NCBI GenBank assembly: GCA_965219455.1
Contig: OZ244744.1
Span: forward strand, 2,816,001 to 2,880,000
Length of the DNA: 64,000 nt
Direction of reading: 5' to 3'
DNA from: Candidatus Latescibacterota bacterium
GTDB taxonomy: Bacteria; Latescibacterota; UBA2968; GCA-2709665
The translations under genes were made by a program, and so were the position numbers. Within the stretch, counting starts at the first letter, position 1, and every line of letters starts with the position of its first letter. Below, piece by piece: positions 44,395 to 56,397 of this stretch. The notes beneath the pieces were generated by a model. That model was not told where the DNA came from and ran no database searches. It was given only the letters and a program-made list of their open reading frames with translations.

Positions 44395-45885
44395 ATGATT
44401 CTTTCCATCGATCAGGGCACCACGGGCACGACCGTGCTCGTTATCAACCGGACAGGTGCTATCGCCGGCCGCGCCTACGCGGAATTCAGCCAGATTTATC
44501 CGCGGTCCGGGTGGGTTTCTCACAATGCGGAGGAAATCTGGCGTTCCACGGGCGCCGTGATCGCTGACGCGATCCGAAACGCGGGCGTCCGCCCTGCGGA
44601 CCTCGCGGGCATCGGGATTGCCAACCAGCGAGAAACCACCGTCCTGTGGGACCGGCGCTCGGGTGAACCCGTCCACGACGCCATTGTATGGCAATGCCGC
44701 CGCACCGCCGACCTGTGCCGTGGCTTCCGGGAACGGGGGATCGAGGAAATGGTCCGAAAAAAAACGGGCCTCGTCATTGACCCCTACTTTTCTGCGACCA
44801 AAATCGTCTGGCTTCTGGAAAACGTACCCGGACTCCGTCGCCGTGCCGAGAATGGCGACATCTGTTTCGGAACCATCGACACCTATCTCCTCCACCGTCT
44901 CACCAACGGCAAGGTACACGCGACGGATCTCACCAACGCCTCACGCACCATGTGTTTCAATATCCACGCGAAGGCGTGGGACGCGGATTTGCTGGACGCG
45001 TTCAATATTCCGCGGGCCATCCTCCCGGAGGTTCACCCCTCCGCGCACCTGTTCGGCAAAACCGCTGCCGTGGCATCCCTGCCGGAAGACATCCCCATCG
45101 CCGGTATTGCGGGAGACCAGCAAGCCGCGCTTTTCGGGCAGCGCGGCGTATCCGAGGGCGACGTCAAGAACACTTACGGCACCGGTTGCTTCGCCCTGTT
45201 CCAAACGGGCCCGAACGCTTTCCCGTCGCGGAACGGCCTGCTCACCACGCTCGCGTGCGATTCCCGCGGCGGCCCGGCCTTTGCCCTTGAAGGCTCCGTT
45301 TTCAGCGCCGGTTCAGCCGTTCAATGGTTGCGCGACGGCCTCGGTCTCATCGCGCGTGCGGCCGAAACGGAAGCCCTCGCCCGATCGGTTCCGGACAATG
45401 GCGGCGTCTACCTGGTACCCGCATTCACGGGCCTCGGCGCGCCTTATTGGGATCCGGATACCCGGGGGACGATCGTCGGCATCAACCGGGGTACCAAACG
45501 CGCCCACCTCGCGCGCGCCGCCCTGGAATCCATCGCCTACCAGAGCGCCGCCCTTGTGGACGCCATGGCCGCCGATACGGGACGTCCGGTTACAGGTATG
45601 CGCGTAGACGGCGGCGCTTCCGCCAACGATTTCCTGATGCAGTTCCAGGCCGATATCCTCAATTCGCCAGTCATCCGTCCCCGCCATACGGAGACCACCG
45701 CCATGGGCGCCGCCATGCTCGCGGGCCTCGCGACCGGCTTCTGGACGGGACCCGACGCGCTTTCGGACCTGAACCCTCCCGAACGCTCGTTCGAACCCTC
45801 CATGTCCGAAGAAAAGCGCGACGCCCTGCTCAAACGTTGGCGCCGCGCCGTACAGACCGCCAGGTACCACGGGAATCAGGAATAA
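44395..45885 (+). CDS. glpK: Glycerol kinase
   Basis: DQGTT, NQRETT, WQCRRT, PYFSATK, GDQQAALFG, KNTYGTGCF, GLGAPYWD. Confidence 0.96.
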   Translation: MILSIDQGTTGTTVLVINRTGAIAGRAYAEFSQIYPRSGWVSHNAEEIWRSTGAVIADAIRNAGVRPADLAGIGIANQRETTVLWDRRSGEPVHDAIVWQCRRTADLCRGFRERGIEEMVRKKTGLVIDPYFSATKIVWLLENVPGLRRRAENGDICFGTIDTYLLHRLTNGKVHATDLTNASRTMCFNIHAKAWDADLLDAFNIPRAILPEVHPSAHLFGKTAAVASLPEDIPIAGIAGDQQAALFGQRGVSEGDVKNTYGTGCFALFQTGPNAFPSRNGLLTTLACDSRGGPAFALEGSVFSAGSAVQWLRDGLGLIARAAETEALARSVPDNGGVYLVPAFTGLGAPYWDPDTRGTIVGINRGTKRAHLARAALESIAYQSAALVDAMAADTGRPVTGMRVDGGASANDFLMQFQADILNSPVIRPRHTETTAMGAAMLAGLATGFWTGPDALSDLNPPERSFEPSMSEEKRDALLKRWRRAVQTARYHGNQE

Positions 45886-46077
45886 AAAAAAGCGATCAAA
45901 CGGATCGCTAATGTAGATGACAAAGGACGGAAAACAGCGTTCAAGGCTCCTTACCTGACCTGGGTTTGCCGACGCGTGGTCGTTGAGCTTGTCGAAATGT
46001 GCACACTGAGCCTGTCGAAGTGCCCGCGTTTCGGCGCCTTTGAGATACAATCTCCACCACCCTCTAACTTCCCCTAT

Positions 46078-46309
46078 TTCCTTGTCCTTTTTCTTGCTTC
46101 GCCCAGGAAAAAGGACGAAAAAGAAGGGCGCCGCTCGGCGCGGAGCCGGTTTTTCCGTGAATTACCTCCGGGGTATAAACAGGAATTGGGTGGCCTACAA
46201 GCCCTCCTGGCACTCCCGGCCTACGGAGATGTACGGAATGACACGGAAAAACCCCCCACGCCACCACCGGATGGCCATGAGGTATACCGTGAAGGCGTTT
46301 TGAACGTGT
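46078..46309 (+). repeat. Structured dispersed repeat A, copy 5
   Basis: Core plus an internal segment shared with copies 3 and 6. Confidence 0.85.
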
Positions 46310-46504
46310 ATTCGTTATTCCAACCGAAAAGTTCCAAGCCGGCTGGCCAGATTGAAGTATTCACGATCATCCACGGCGTGGAGCGTCATTGCAGTAAGGA
46401 CACTCTTTTTCTTCAATGGGAAAAGAACGATGTACCATACCAGAAGACCAACAATGCCAAATGGCCATGCACCGGTGAAAGTCAGATAAACGGCCACCGC
46501 CGAG

Positions 46505-46790
46505 TTACCCCCCTCGGCGAACGGTTTGAGGCTTGTCTGTCAAGCCCTTGTTTTGATACCACTGGCGATAACCCTCGCGCGGGCTGGCCTCTTTTGGGGA
46601 TCTGTAGCCCCACCGTTAGACCAGAATCGGTATTGACCAAAAAAAGGTGCACGTAGTTACGGCTAATCTGATCATCGATAGCATATCACATCTGTGAAAC
46701 CGTCTTGGCTGCCTAGCGTGAAAAAACGCCGCGTAGGTACACCCTCAGGAACAAAACCTTCTCGCAGTCTTCGGCGACATGGATGCTGTT
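46505..46790. repeat. Diverged non-coding duplication, copy 1
   Basis: Collinear similarity to 49245-49532. Confidence 0.7.
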
Positions 46791-46869
46791 ATCACCAAAG
46801 CCCCGGCTGCTGCTTTGGCCCTCACTGTATCCGCGGTTCAGGCCTGCGGCCGGCCGCGGGGTGTGACTC

Positions 46870-48909
46870 TCAGTACCACCTCACCCTGAAGCGCGTGTCC
46901 GCCGAAGCCCTTCGGCCGGTGTGCAGGTCCACCACCACCACTCTGAACACCCTCAGCCCCGGCGATGCGCCGTCCATATCCATGCGCAGGTGGTGCGGCT
47001 CCCAAGTCCGGCCGCCCGTGTACGAGTAAGAAACGGCCGTCGTCCAGTCGGCCAAGGTGGTGCCCGCGTCCCCCTTGGGCAATGTCTGCATGTGATAACT
47101 TATGCGGTAGTGTGTGGTTCCGTTTTTGTCGCGAGAAAGATTGTAGATTTCGAAATAGAACCACGCCCTCCCTTGCCTTCGGCACACCTGCAAAGGATTC
47201 GGAAGCACTGCAAACTTGTCCCGGCCGTATGGCGCGTTCTCCCGCATCTGAATGCGCCGCGCCAACAACAGACTGCTGATCTCTATTGAGTCCCGTCCGA
47301 AGGTTTTTACCCGCAACCGATCTCGAAACGTGCCCACCCGCTTCGTGGCCCGATCTTCTACTTCGCTGGCCAGAAAATACATCCCAGGCTCAAGGACCAT
47401 GCGTTCCGATGCCAGCAGGAAGCCGTCTTCTGAGGGTCCATACGCAACCCGTGGCATCCGATCCACGCGAACGACGTTGTGCCGAACGGTGTCCCAGTCG
47501 GAATCGAAAAGAAAAAGCGCCTGCCTTACGTCCACCGCTGCATTCCCCTTTCCGCTCGCAACCACATGTCCGACTTTTTCGTCCAGAAGCGCGTAATACA
47601 CTTCGACGCGCGTATTGCCGTCGTGATGCCGAAACTGCGCAGTCTGGAATTGCACGTCATACTGCAATGGATGCTGATAGATGTCCGGTACCTCCTCCAT
47701 CAGTTGTTCAAGTGTCAATCGCTTGTTTCCCATCTTGGCCGTTCCGAACTGCCAGGAGTCCCAGGAAACCGAATTGCCAAATATCACGGTAAATGGGCCA
47801 TAGCCCCATACTTCCTTACGTCCACTAACGGGATTTCTCATGTACCTGACACGCGGGTCTCCGTATCGGATGTAGATCTGCCCCCTGTCGGTCTGCCAGC
47901 CCTCCCGTACATGAATGGGATCGGAAAAGCGCAGGTTCGCGTAGGCCACGCGTCGGCACTGTTCCAGCAAGCGTTCGTTGACCGATGTCAGGTAGATCGG
48001 GTCCTTTCGTAGCCAGAACTTCCGGATTTCCTCGTCGCTCGGGGGTGGTTCACCGTTTTTTTCGGCAGGGTTTCGGATCAGGAAAATTGACTGCATGAAC
48101 CTACGGGCCGTATCGGTCATTCGGTTCAGCCCGTCCCCGTACGCCCGATAGGCCGCTTCTAGGTCGCCCTTCATCTGATAGCCCAGGCCCACGAAAAAGT
48201 GGGCGTTCCAATTTCCGGGACGCTGTTTTCGATAGGCCTCAAAGAGGTCGATCAGTGGCCCGAACATCTCGGCCGCGTAGTAGGACAGCCCGAGATACTG
48301 GTACGACGGCCAGTGTACGGGATCCACGGTGATGGCGCGGGTCAGGTACGCGATTCCACGGTCTATACCCAGATCCCAGTATTCGACGTCTGTCAGCGTT
48401 TTTCCGCCGTCGAAGGAATATCTCCGGAGCGTCCCCTCGGTTTGACCTTTAGGTATATCCGTAAAATAGGTTATCTCCCAGGACCAGACCGCGAAACGCC
48501 CTGCCCAAAACAGGCCCTCTAAATTGTCTGGATCCAGCGCCAGCATCTTGAGTGCTTTCCGGTAGGTATTCGGGCGCTGCGGTGTCCACCAATGCAACTC
48601 GGCGGAAGTTGCGAGATAATCCAGGTTTTCGCGCTCCCGTGTCAGAGCGCGCAGCAGCCATCTGGCCGCCGTCTGACGGGATACCGGCGTCCACTTCGCC
48701 ATGTAGAGTCGCGCCAGGGCGTGCATCGACTTTCCTGAGCGGTCATGCCCCAGCGCACGTTTCATCAGGGCTTTGCGCTGGTCATAATCGAGTAGCGTAT
48801 CGCCCGCAGCGGCCAGCAGGGAGTCCACCCTCGCAGGATCGGATCGTCCGGCATCGACGCGGCTGGTACTCAAGGCGACCAAAAAGATCGTAATCGTGAT
48901 CCCAATCAT
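46870..48909 (-). CDS. GWxTD-domain protein with N-terminal TPRs, secreted
   Basis: Signal peptide; FWLRKDP...NERLLEQCRRVAYAN...EGWQTDRGQIYIRYGDP. Confidence 0.9.
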   Translation of the reverse strand: MIGITITIFLVALSTSRVDAGRSDPARVDSLLAAAGDTLLDYDQRKALMKRALGHDRSGKSMHALARLYMAKWTPVSRQTAARWLLRALTRERENLDYLATSAELHWWTPQRPNTYRKALKMLALDPDNLEGLFWAGRFAVWSWEITYFTDIPKGQTEGTLRRYSFDGGKTLTDVEYWDLGIDRGIAYLTRAITVDPVHWPSYQYLGLSYYAAEMFGPLIDLFEAYRKQRPGNWNAHFFVGLGYQMKGDLEAAYRAYGDGLNRMTDTARRFMQSIFLIRNPAEKNGEPPPSDEEIRKFWLRKDPIYLTSVNERLLEQCRRVAYANLRFSDPIHVREGWQTDRGQIYIRYGDPRVRYMRNPVSGRKEVWGYGPFTVIFGNSVSWDSWQFGTAKMGNKRLTLEQLMEEVPDIYQHPLQYDVQFQTAQFRHHDGNTRVEVYYALLDEKVGHVVASGKGNAAVDVRQALFLFDSDWDTVRHNVVRVDRMPRVAYGPSEDGFLLASERMVLEPGMYFLASEVEDRATKRVGTFRDRLRVKTFGRDSIEISSLLLARRIQMRENAPYGRDKFAVLPNPLQVCRRQGRAWFYFEIYNLSRDKNGTTHYRISYHMQTLPKGDAGTTLADWTTAVSYSYTGGRTWEPHHLRMDMDGASPGLRVFRVVVVDLHTGRRASADTRFRVRWY

Positions 48910-49244
48910 TCGCGGAACTCCGTGCTGTGCTCGAACAGAACGGTGAAGTTGTGGGATGTGCCTAAAGCATGTGATGACCACAGAGCCATGACAAGAAACA
49001 GGACGCTGTCGCCAGCCACGGGGATTCGGAATGCTTCCTTTCCAGGAGGTAGGACACATCTTGCGAGGTTCGAGTTCAATAAATTTAGAGACGATCAGTT
49101 TAATCCATAAAGCAAATACGCCCCAGAACCCGGGACGTTCGCTGTTTTTTCACGTTTGCCACGCGCCTACGTTCAGCAGCATCCCGCCACCCAAGGGCAA
49201 GCTGGCGCGCGGTAAGTCCCTGAGCGAAGTTCAGCTGAATGGGA

Positions 49245-49532
49245 GCTGCCTCGCTCAGGCGGACGGGAGTTTAAGGCTTGAATGTCAATGCCTTGCCTTG
49301 ATACCCCCGACGATAACCCGAGCGCGGCTGGCCTTTATCCGGGGTCTGCGGATCCGCGGTCAGTCCAGAATTGGTTCCGCTGGAGAAAGACTGCACGTAG
49401 CTACGGGAAATTCGAATGCAAATCGGTTCCCGTTTGTCAACCTGTCATGGTTGTACTTCCGGAAAAAACGCTGCGTTGGTGCACCCTCACAGAACAATCC
49501 CTTCCCGAAGTCTTCTGTGCCGTGGATGCCGG
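49245..49532. repeat. Diverged non-coding duplication, copy 2
   Basis: Collinear similarity to 46505-46790. Confidence 0.7.
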
Positions 49533-49793
49533 ATATTCAGTCGGCCAGTGCTATTCCAAGGTCTGCACGTCGCAATCCCATCTCCTCCTGAGCAGGTAAA
49601 CCTTCCGTGGTCGACTTCAGCGGACTCTGTTCGCTATGTCCGCCTCGGAACGCCGTAAGCCGCCATCTAAGCCACGCCGGGCAATGCGACCCATTTTCCC
49701 TGTCATCGTTTCTTCTTGACAATTAGCCAGTAAGTGGTGAATTTATTGCGTGCTATGGCATATGCGCCCCCCGGAGGATAGTATTCTCCGGCC

Positions 49794-49830
49794 CGACGCC
49801 CGCTGTCTTTGACAGGGGCGTTTCTTTTTT
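49794..49830 (+). terminator. Intrinsic terminator-like hairpin
   Basis: GACGCCCGCTGTC-TTT-GACAGGGGCGTT followed by TCTTTTTT. Confidence 0.5.
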
Positions 49831-49912
49831 GAAAAGATGATGTCCTGGACCCGGTGCTGAATACAATTCCGAATCGCTCCCCCGGCTGATGTACTGACGA
49901 GCGGACCTTCGT

Positions 49913-51586
49913 TCACTCATCCGTCACGCAACCCTCGGAAGCCGTCGTCACGGTCTTGATATATTTGTAAAGCGTCCCCTGCGTGGCCTTGTACGGCGGC
50001 GCCACCCAGGCCGCACGTCGTTTCGCCAGTTCCTCGTCACTCAGGTCCACGTTGATCTCGTTGGTTTCCGCGTCGATGGTAATCACGTCCCCATTTTCGA
50101 TCAGGGCGATCGCGCCGCCCTCCTGGGCTTCGGGCGTAATATGCCCCACGACGAACCCGTGCGAACCGCCTGAAAACCGTCCGTCCGTAATCAGCGCCAC
50201 GTCGTTTCCAAGGCCTGCGCCCACAATCACCGACGTGGGCGTGAGCATCTCCGGCATACCCGGTCCGCCCGTTGGCCCTTCGTAACGGATGACGATCACA
50301 CATCCCTTCTGCACCTCGTTTCGCTCAACGGCGCCGAGCAGATCTTCCTCCCGGTCGAACACCATCGCAGGCCCGGAGAACCGCACCCCTTCCTTTCCCG
50401 TGATCTTGGCGACCGCGCCTTCGGACGCCAGGTTTCCCCTCAGAATCCGCAGATGCCCCGTGGCCTTGATCGGCCGGTCCATCGGCCGAACCACCTGCTG
50501 TCCCTCGTCGAGCCCGGGCAACTCCGCGAGGTTCTCCGCAATCGTCCTGCCCGTTACCGTCAGGCAGTCTCCATGCAGAAAGCCGTTTTCCAGCAGAACC
50601 TTCATCGCGCCCGGTGTTCCGCCCACGTTATGCAGATCTTCCATTACGTAAAGCCCGCTGGGCTTGAAGTCCGCCAACAACGGCACCCGGTCGCTCACCG
50701 CCTGAAAATCATCGATCGTAAGCGGGACGCCCACAGACTTCGCAATCGCAACCAGGTGCAGCACCGCGTTGGTCGATCCGCCCATGGCCATCACGACGAC
50801 CATTGCGTTCTCCAACGCCTGGCGGGTCATGATATCCCGGGGTTTGATGTCCTGCTCGAGCAAGTTCCGGATGGCCGCGCCGGACTTGAAGCACTCCTCC
50901 AGTTTTCCCTTGTCCACGGCAGGCGTCGAAGAGCTATATGGCAGCGACATGCCCATCGCTTCGATGGCGGACGCCATCGTATTCGCGGTGTACATCCCGC
51001 CGCACGCTCCGGCCCCCGGGCAGGCGTGCTGCACCACGCTCTTCCAACCCTCCTCATCCAGATCGCCCGCCAGGTACTCACCGTAACTCTGAAATGCGGA
51101 CACGATGTCGAGCTTTTTGTGGTCACGGAAACCCGGTTTGATCGTACCTCCATAAATCATCAGAGACGGCCGGTTCAACCGCCCCATGGCCATCACACAG
51201 CCCGGCATATTCTTATCGCAGCCCGGGAGGGATACGTTGGCGTCGTACCACTGCGCGCCCATCACCGTTTCAATGGAATCCGCAATCAGGTCTCGCGACT
51301 GAAGCGAAAAACTCATGCCCTCCGTACCCATCGAAATGCCGTCGCTCACGCCTATGGTGTTGAATCGCATGCCCAGCAGACCGGCCGCATCCACGCCCTG
51401 CTTCACCTTTGCCGCAAGGTCCAGCAGGTGCATATTGCAGGTATTGCCCTCGTACCACATGCTGGCGATACCGATCTGCGCTTTGTCCATATCCGCTTCG
51501 GTCATTCCCGTACCGTACAACATCGCCTGTGAAGCCCCCTGGGACTTCACCTGCGTTATCCGGGAGCTGTACTTGTTCAGCGTCAT
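49913..51586 (-). CDS. ilvD: Dihydroxy-acid dehydratase
   Basis: [44 protein letters not shown]. Confidence 0.97.
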   Translation of the reverse strand: MTLNKYSSRITQVKSQGASQAMLYGTGMTEADMDKAQIGIASMWYEGNTCNMHLLDLAAKVKQGVDAAGLLGMRFNTIGVSDGISMGTEGMSFSLQSRDLIADSIETVMGAQWYDANVSLPGCDKNMPGCVMAMGRLNRPSLMIYGGTIKPGFRDHKKLDIVSAFQSYGEYLAGDLDEEGWKSVVQHACPGAGACGGMYTANTMASAIEAMGMSLPYSSSTPAVDKGKLEECFKSGAAIRNLLEQDIKPRDIMTRQALENAMVVVMAMGGSTNAVLHLVAIAKSVGVPLTIDDFQAVSDRVPLLADFKPSGLYVMEDLHNVGGTPGAMKVLLENGFLHGDCLTVTGRTIAENLAELPGLDEGQQVVRPMDRPIKATGHLRILRGNLASEGAVAKITGKEGVRFSGPAMVFDREEDLLGAVERNEVQKGCVIVIRYEGPTGGPGMPEMLTPTSVIVGAGLGNDVALITDGRFSGGSHGFVVGHITPEAQEGGAIALIENGDVITIDAETNEINVDLSDEELAKRRAAWVAPPYKATQGTLYKYIKTVTTASEGCVTDE

Positions 51587-51713
51587 ATTTTCCCCTTCCC
51601 GATTGTCTCCCTGTAGTCGTCGTGAGTTCGTGCCCGGTCATTTCCATTTTGCACCCGGTACGCGTTACCTTAATTTAATCGAATCCACGAAACCCGTCAA
51701 CTGTCGGAAGGGA

Positions 51714-51745
51714 AGCTGTCAGCGATCAGCGGTCAGCAATCAGCT
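51714..51745 (+). repeat. Heptamer tandem repeat
   Basis: GCTGTCA GCGATCA GCGGTCA GCAATCA GCT. Confidence 0.8.
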
Positions 51746-51796
51746 CAAAACCAAAAGCGAAAACCATGCTGCAAGATATCTGTACCGACGTGATCT

Positions 51797-51930
51797 CGGC
51801 GCGGGGCCGGTTTTTCCGTGAATCGCCTCATGGGCGCAAAATGGGATTGGGTGGCCTACAAGCCCTCTCGGAACTCCCGGCCTACGGAGATGTACGGAAT
51901 GACACGGAAAAACCCCCCACGCCACAGCCG
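51797..51930 (+). repeat. Structured dispersed repeat A, copy 6 (5'-truncated)
   Basis: GGGGCCGGTTTTTCCGTGAAT...ACACGGAAAAACCCCCCACGCCAC. Confidence 0.8.
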
Positions 51931-52084
51931 GTCGGGTGAGAGGCCAATGCGAAAAGCCGCGAATCCACTCGGGTCCCGTTTGGTTTACGGGGGCAACCCT
52001 TGTGGTTGCCCGAGCAAATAAAAATTTAAATTTCGTTGATTGACATCGCGTCTCCGTGTCGTTTACCTAGGCTGACCGCTATCT

Positions 52085-52842
<758 letters not shown>

Positions 52843-53332
52843 GCTGATAGCCAATTACTGCTCGCAACCAGGTAGCCACGCGCTTGTCTAACGCGATGGC
52901 TATCCGGAGCACTACCAGAACAGGGCGCGTTGTTCCGTCCTGCACCAAATTACGGTATCCACCGGGGTTGGCAGGGCAGCGGATCCGGTGGGTCCCGTGA
53001 CGTAATTCGCGCAATGTATATGAACGGCCCCGCGCCCAGCGGCGACTTTTGGTTCCTTTTGGTCGCGTCAAAAGGAACCCGCCAGAGGCAGGGAATATGG
53101 GGAGATGTTGAATTTGGTTTTCGCCTATTGATTTTTTGCTGACTGCTGTGCGCTGAAGGTTAAACGCTGTTTCACCCCGCGCACCGGACGGGCGGTTCAC
53201 GAACCGCCCCTACGAAATGCAGGCGACCGCGACCTAATATCGCCAGGCCGTATCGATGTCCGGTAGGTTGTGACGGGGTCCTCTCCCGCCTAACGTCTCC
53301 CCTCTCAACGATTTAAGGGGTGGTCTTTCCGG

Positions 53333-53959
53333 ATGGGTGCTATGGATTATAGTCTTCAAATCCGCATGAATATCTCCGCCGAGGCAATCGGCAGGTTGCC
53401 CGAACTGCCGTGCCCTCACGGTTACCATTTGCGGAAGCTGAGACCGGGCGACGAGGTTCATCTGCCCGAACTGATGGTATCGGCCGGCGTGGGGTGGACC
53501 CCTTTTGACGCGACCGGGATGGAGGAATACCTGGAAGCGCCGGACCGGTGGGACGGGTCGCGCGTGGTCGAGACCGATGGCCAACTGGCGGCGCTGTGTT
53601 TCGCGACACGGGGGGATGAAGTCGATCCGTCCTGGGGGCAGCTCGACTATGTGTGCGTTCGTCCAGGACACCGGGGCGCCGGACTCGGATTTCGCGTGTG
53701 CGCGGCGGTGCTTCAGTATCAACGCCGGCGCGGTTATCTCAACTCGACGTTGACCACACTCAGGGTGACGCCCGACAACCTTCAACTCGCGGCTATCAAA
53801 ACGTATCTCGGCCTGGGATTCCTTCCCGTCATGACCGAGCGCAATCAAAGGGTCTGCGAGACGGTGTACCGGGCGCCGGGTTGGCCGCTGCCCGTGAACT
53901 GGTGGCCGGCGGAGTCGCCTTTTCCACCGATCGATGAACCTAACGAGGGGACGCGGTGA
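53333..53959 (+). CDS. GNAT-family acetyltransferase
   Basis: YVCVRPGHRGAGLG motif A, AAIKTYLGLGF. Confidence 0.85.
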   Translation: MGAMDYSLQIRMNISAEAIGRLPELPCPHGYHLRKLRPGDEVHLPELMVSAGVGWTPFDATGMEEYLEAPDRWDGSRVVETDGQLAALCFATRGDEVDPSWGQLDYVCVRPGHRGAGLGFRVCAAVLQYQRRRGYLNSTLTTLRVTPDNLQLAAIKTYLGLGFLPVMTERNQRVCETVYRAPGWPLPVNWWPAESPFPPIDEPNEGTR

Positions 53960-54073
53960 TGGCAGGCGTCTGGACGGCGCAGGCATGTGCCCGAGCACGC
54001 GCAGTGACCGCCACGGCATCAGGCCGGGGCATCGGATCGGCGCCCGCTTTACATCCCGGAAACGCCGCCCCGC

Positions 54074-54102
54074 TTGACAGGGACAGGCTGCCGGGCTATA
54101 TT
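54074..54102 (+). promoter_or_regulatory. Sigma70 promoter of tmRNA copy 1
   Basis: TTGACA-17 bp-TATATT; identical upstream of copy 2. Confidence 0.75.
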
Positions 54103-54201
54103 TTCAGCCGTTCGGGCGGCCAGGCGGCCCGGGCTTTGTGTCCCGTCTCGGAATTATGTCACCATTCGGCAATCAATTTCCGGAACGGAACACGACTGTG
54201 T

Positions 54202-54561
54202 GGGGGCGACCTGGATTCGACGGGGGTGGAGAGGCGATGGCTGCGTGTCGAGGTCCCATAACCTCGTTAAACTGTGGGAAACCCATATAATTGCGGACAA
54301 TACGTACGCAATGGCTGCGTAACTAAAACGCAGCCCGTTCCGACGGGCCTCGCCTGCAGGGCCCGACCGGAGCGCCGACATATGCGGGCTGGCTCGCGGG
54401 CCTCCGTTCGAGGGCGCGAGAGCGAGATTGTATCGAACTGGCGTGCAGGCAACCCCGTTTACCGGGGCGCCCGCGCGTGAGATTCAATAGGTAAACTACA
54501 CACGTAGACGCTGTCGGTGATTTGCTTTCGGACGCGGGTTCGATTCCCGCCGCCTCCACCA
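54202..54561 (+). ncRNA. ssrA: tmRNA copy 1
   Basis: GGGGGCG..GGATTCGAC 5' end, T-arm GGTTCGATTCCC, acceptor with G3.U and ACCA; tag ADNTYAMAA-stop at 54293-54322. Confidence 0.96.
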
Positions 54562-54674
54562 GATAAACACCAAATTGCATTCTACCAAACGAACGAATGG
54601 TAACTAAAAGTCACATTTGGGGGTAGACATGTGGGCTACTGGTGCTATGGACGGAATCGACAACGGAGGATGTA

Positions 54675-54878
54675 ATGGGAGTTGTTGATGTCGCACTGAG
54701 GTTGATTGAGCGGGTTAGACGTGGTGAGCGTCCTGAAGACGTGATTCAAGGAGATATGGAAGACCCTTTTCTGGCGCGGTCTTTGCAGATAGATGAAGAT
54801 ATTCGTACCGGTAAGAATCGTCCGTTATCGCAGGAGGAACAACGGCGGTTTATTGCAAAGATAAGACGGGGCAAGTAG
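54675..54878 (+). CDS. Small putative antitoxin
   Basis: GGAGG RBS, coupled to the RelE-like gene, EDIRTGKNRPL motif. Confidence 0.55.
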   Translation: MGVVDVALRLIERVRRGERPEDVIQGDMEDPFLARSLQIDEDIRTGKNRPLSQEEQRRFIAKIRRGK

Positions 54879-55237
54879 TGGGCGGGGATCGGGGTCATCA
54901 GGAGCAGTCAAAGCCAGAAAATGCGGAGGAGCCGGAATATCAGGAAGTTATCATATACAGGCGTGTTTCACGGTTTATTGAGCGAAAGGTGCAACCGAAT
55001 GCGGGAAGTCGCGTTCTTGCGGCGATAGAAAGTCTCAAAGACCCAATGAATAGACGGGGATCTATCAAGATACAGGGTCGTCCTCCGAATGATCCGATGT
55101 TCAGAATTGACACGGGTGCTTATAGGATCTACTACAAGCGGATTGAGGGGAAAGTTCATGTGGTAGAGATGGAAAACCGGCAAAGTGCGTATGACAAGAA
55201 GCGGAGAGAGGGAAGAAGAATGTCCAGAATTCGATAG
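54878..55237 (+). CDS. RelE/ParE-superfamily toxin
   Basis: IESLKDP...SIKIQG...FRIDTGAYRIYY...VVEMENRQSAY. Confidence 0.75.
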   Translation: MGGDRGHQEQSKPENAEEPEYQEVIIYRRVSRFIERKVQPNAGSRVLAAIESLKDPMNRRGSIKIQGRPPNDPMFRIDTGAYRIYYKRIEGKVHVVEMENRQSAYDKKRREGRRMSRIR

Positions 55238-55559
55238 CGGAGAGCAATCGACAATGACGGAGATGGAGGCTGATATAAGTATCGAGGCGAGTCTGGAGGA
55301 GGTAACGCGGGCGGTAGTACAGGATGTCGAAATATGCCTGGAACTGTCCACTAAGCGGTAGGGGTTGCGTCGGCACGATTCTTTGTTTTTCAGGGCTGAT
55401 TGCAACTTTTGGTTATAATCCCCAAGCGAACTCAGGGCCGGGTGAAGTCAGTCGCATCCATTTGCGGCTCACGAATCACCCGGCCCGAACTATAGTACAC
55501 GATGCCGTCGAGGAGATTTAAAGAGGACGTTTTCTCTGGTCATGTGGCACATCCGTATC

Positions 55560-56005
55560 ACTCCCTCCTTGAGGGGTAGTCGCAGAAGCCGAGCCGGTTC
55601 CCTGAGCCTGTCGAAGGGCAGGCGACGGCTGATGCGGTGGGGGGATTTCTAAGCCTTACCGTATGCGAACTGCCTGAAATAACACGAACGCGTTTTGCGT
55701 AGAAGTCTTACTGTAAGATTCTAATCGGATTCACGCGATATACAAAATGAAGAGGATCGCGAAAGGAAACGAGAAACCGGCTGGGCGTGTTGTGGACCTC
55801 TTACGTCTAACGGCTCCCCTCTTACCCTGTGGTCGCTCGGCGCGGGGCCGGACCTACCCCCTAACCCCCTTCCTGAAGGAAGGGGAGAACTGTCATCGCT
55901 TGATGGACGACTGGTATTGCTCCCCCTCTCCCATTGGGAGAGGGGGTTGGGGGGTGTGAGGGTCTCCCCCTTTCCTTTAGGAGAGGGGGCCGGGGGGAGA
56001 GGTCC
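55560..56005. repeat. Cluster of palindromic REP-like elements
   Basis: CCTGAGCCTGTCGAAGGG (related copy at ~46004), CCCCTTCCTGAAGGAAGGGG, CCCCCTCTCCCATTGGGAGAGGGGG. Confidence 0.6.
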
Positions 56006-56116
56006 CGCGACTGCAGGCGACCGCGAATTAATATCGCCAGGCCGTAGTATCGTAAACCGGCGTGGCCCTTTCCCGTCTACCGTCTCCCCTCTACCCGTTT
56101 TTTAGGATGAGTGGCC

Positions 56117-56160
56117 ATGGATTTTAGCCTTCAGGTCCGCATGAATATCTCCGCTGAGGG
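56117..56160 (+). pseudogene. 5' remnant of a duplicated GNAT gene
   Basis: ATGGATTTTAGCCTTCAGGTCCGCATGAATATCTCCGCTGAGG matches the sequence from 53342 onward. Confidence 0.7.
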
Positions 56161-56301
56161 TTCGGGCGCCGCGCCCGTCCCGTGCGCGCCAGCCGATGCG
56201 GCGGAGCCCTGGCACGCGCAGTAACTGCCGCGGCATCGGGCTTCTAAGTTGATATCCGACCGACCTGGCCCCCGTTATATGGTCCGAAAACACGGCCCTG
56301 C

Positions 56302-56330
56302 TTGACAGGGACAGGCTGCCGGGCTATATT
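56302..56330 (+). promoter_or_regulatory. Sigma70 promoter of tmRNA copy 2
   Basis: TTGACA-17 bp-TATATT. Confidence 0.75.
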
Positions 56331-56397
56331 TCTGCGGTTCGGGCGACCAGGCGGCCGGATTACGGCAATCAATTTCGGGAACGGAACACGACTGTGT

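Noticed and set aside
46700-46790. Selenoprotein reading (shared TGA) in the duplicated element
   Set aside because: A 1-nt indel next to the TGA breaks frame conservation between the copies, and no SECIS was evident
51587-51713. ilvD leader-peptide attenuator
   Set aside because: No short Ile/Leu/Val-rich leader with terminator and antiterminator found
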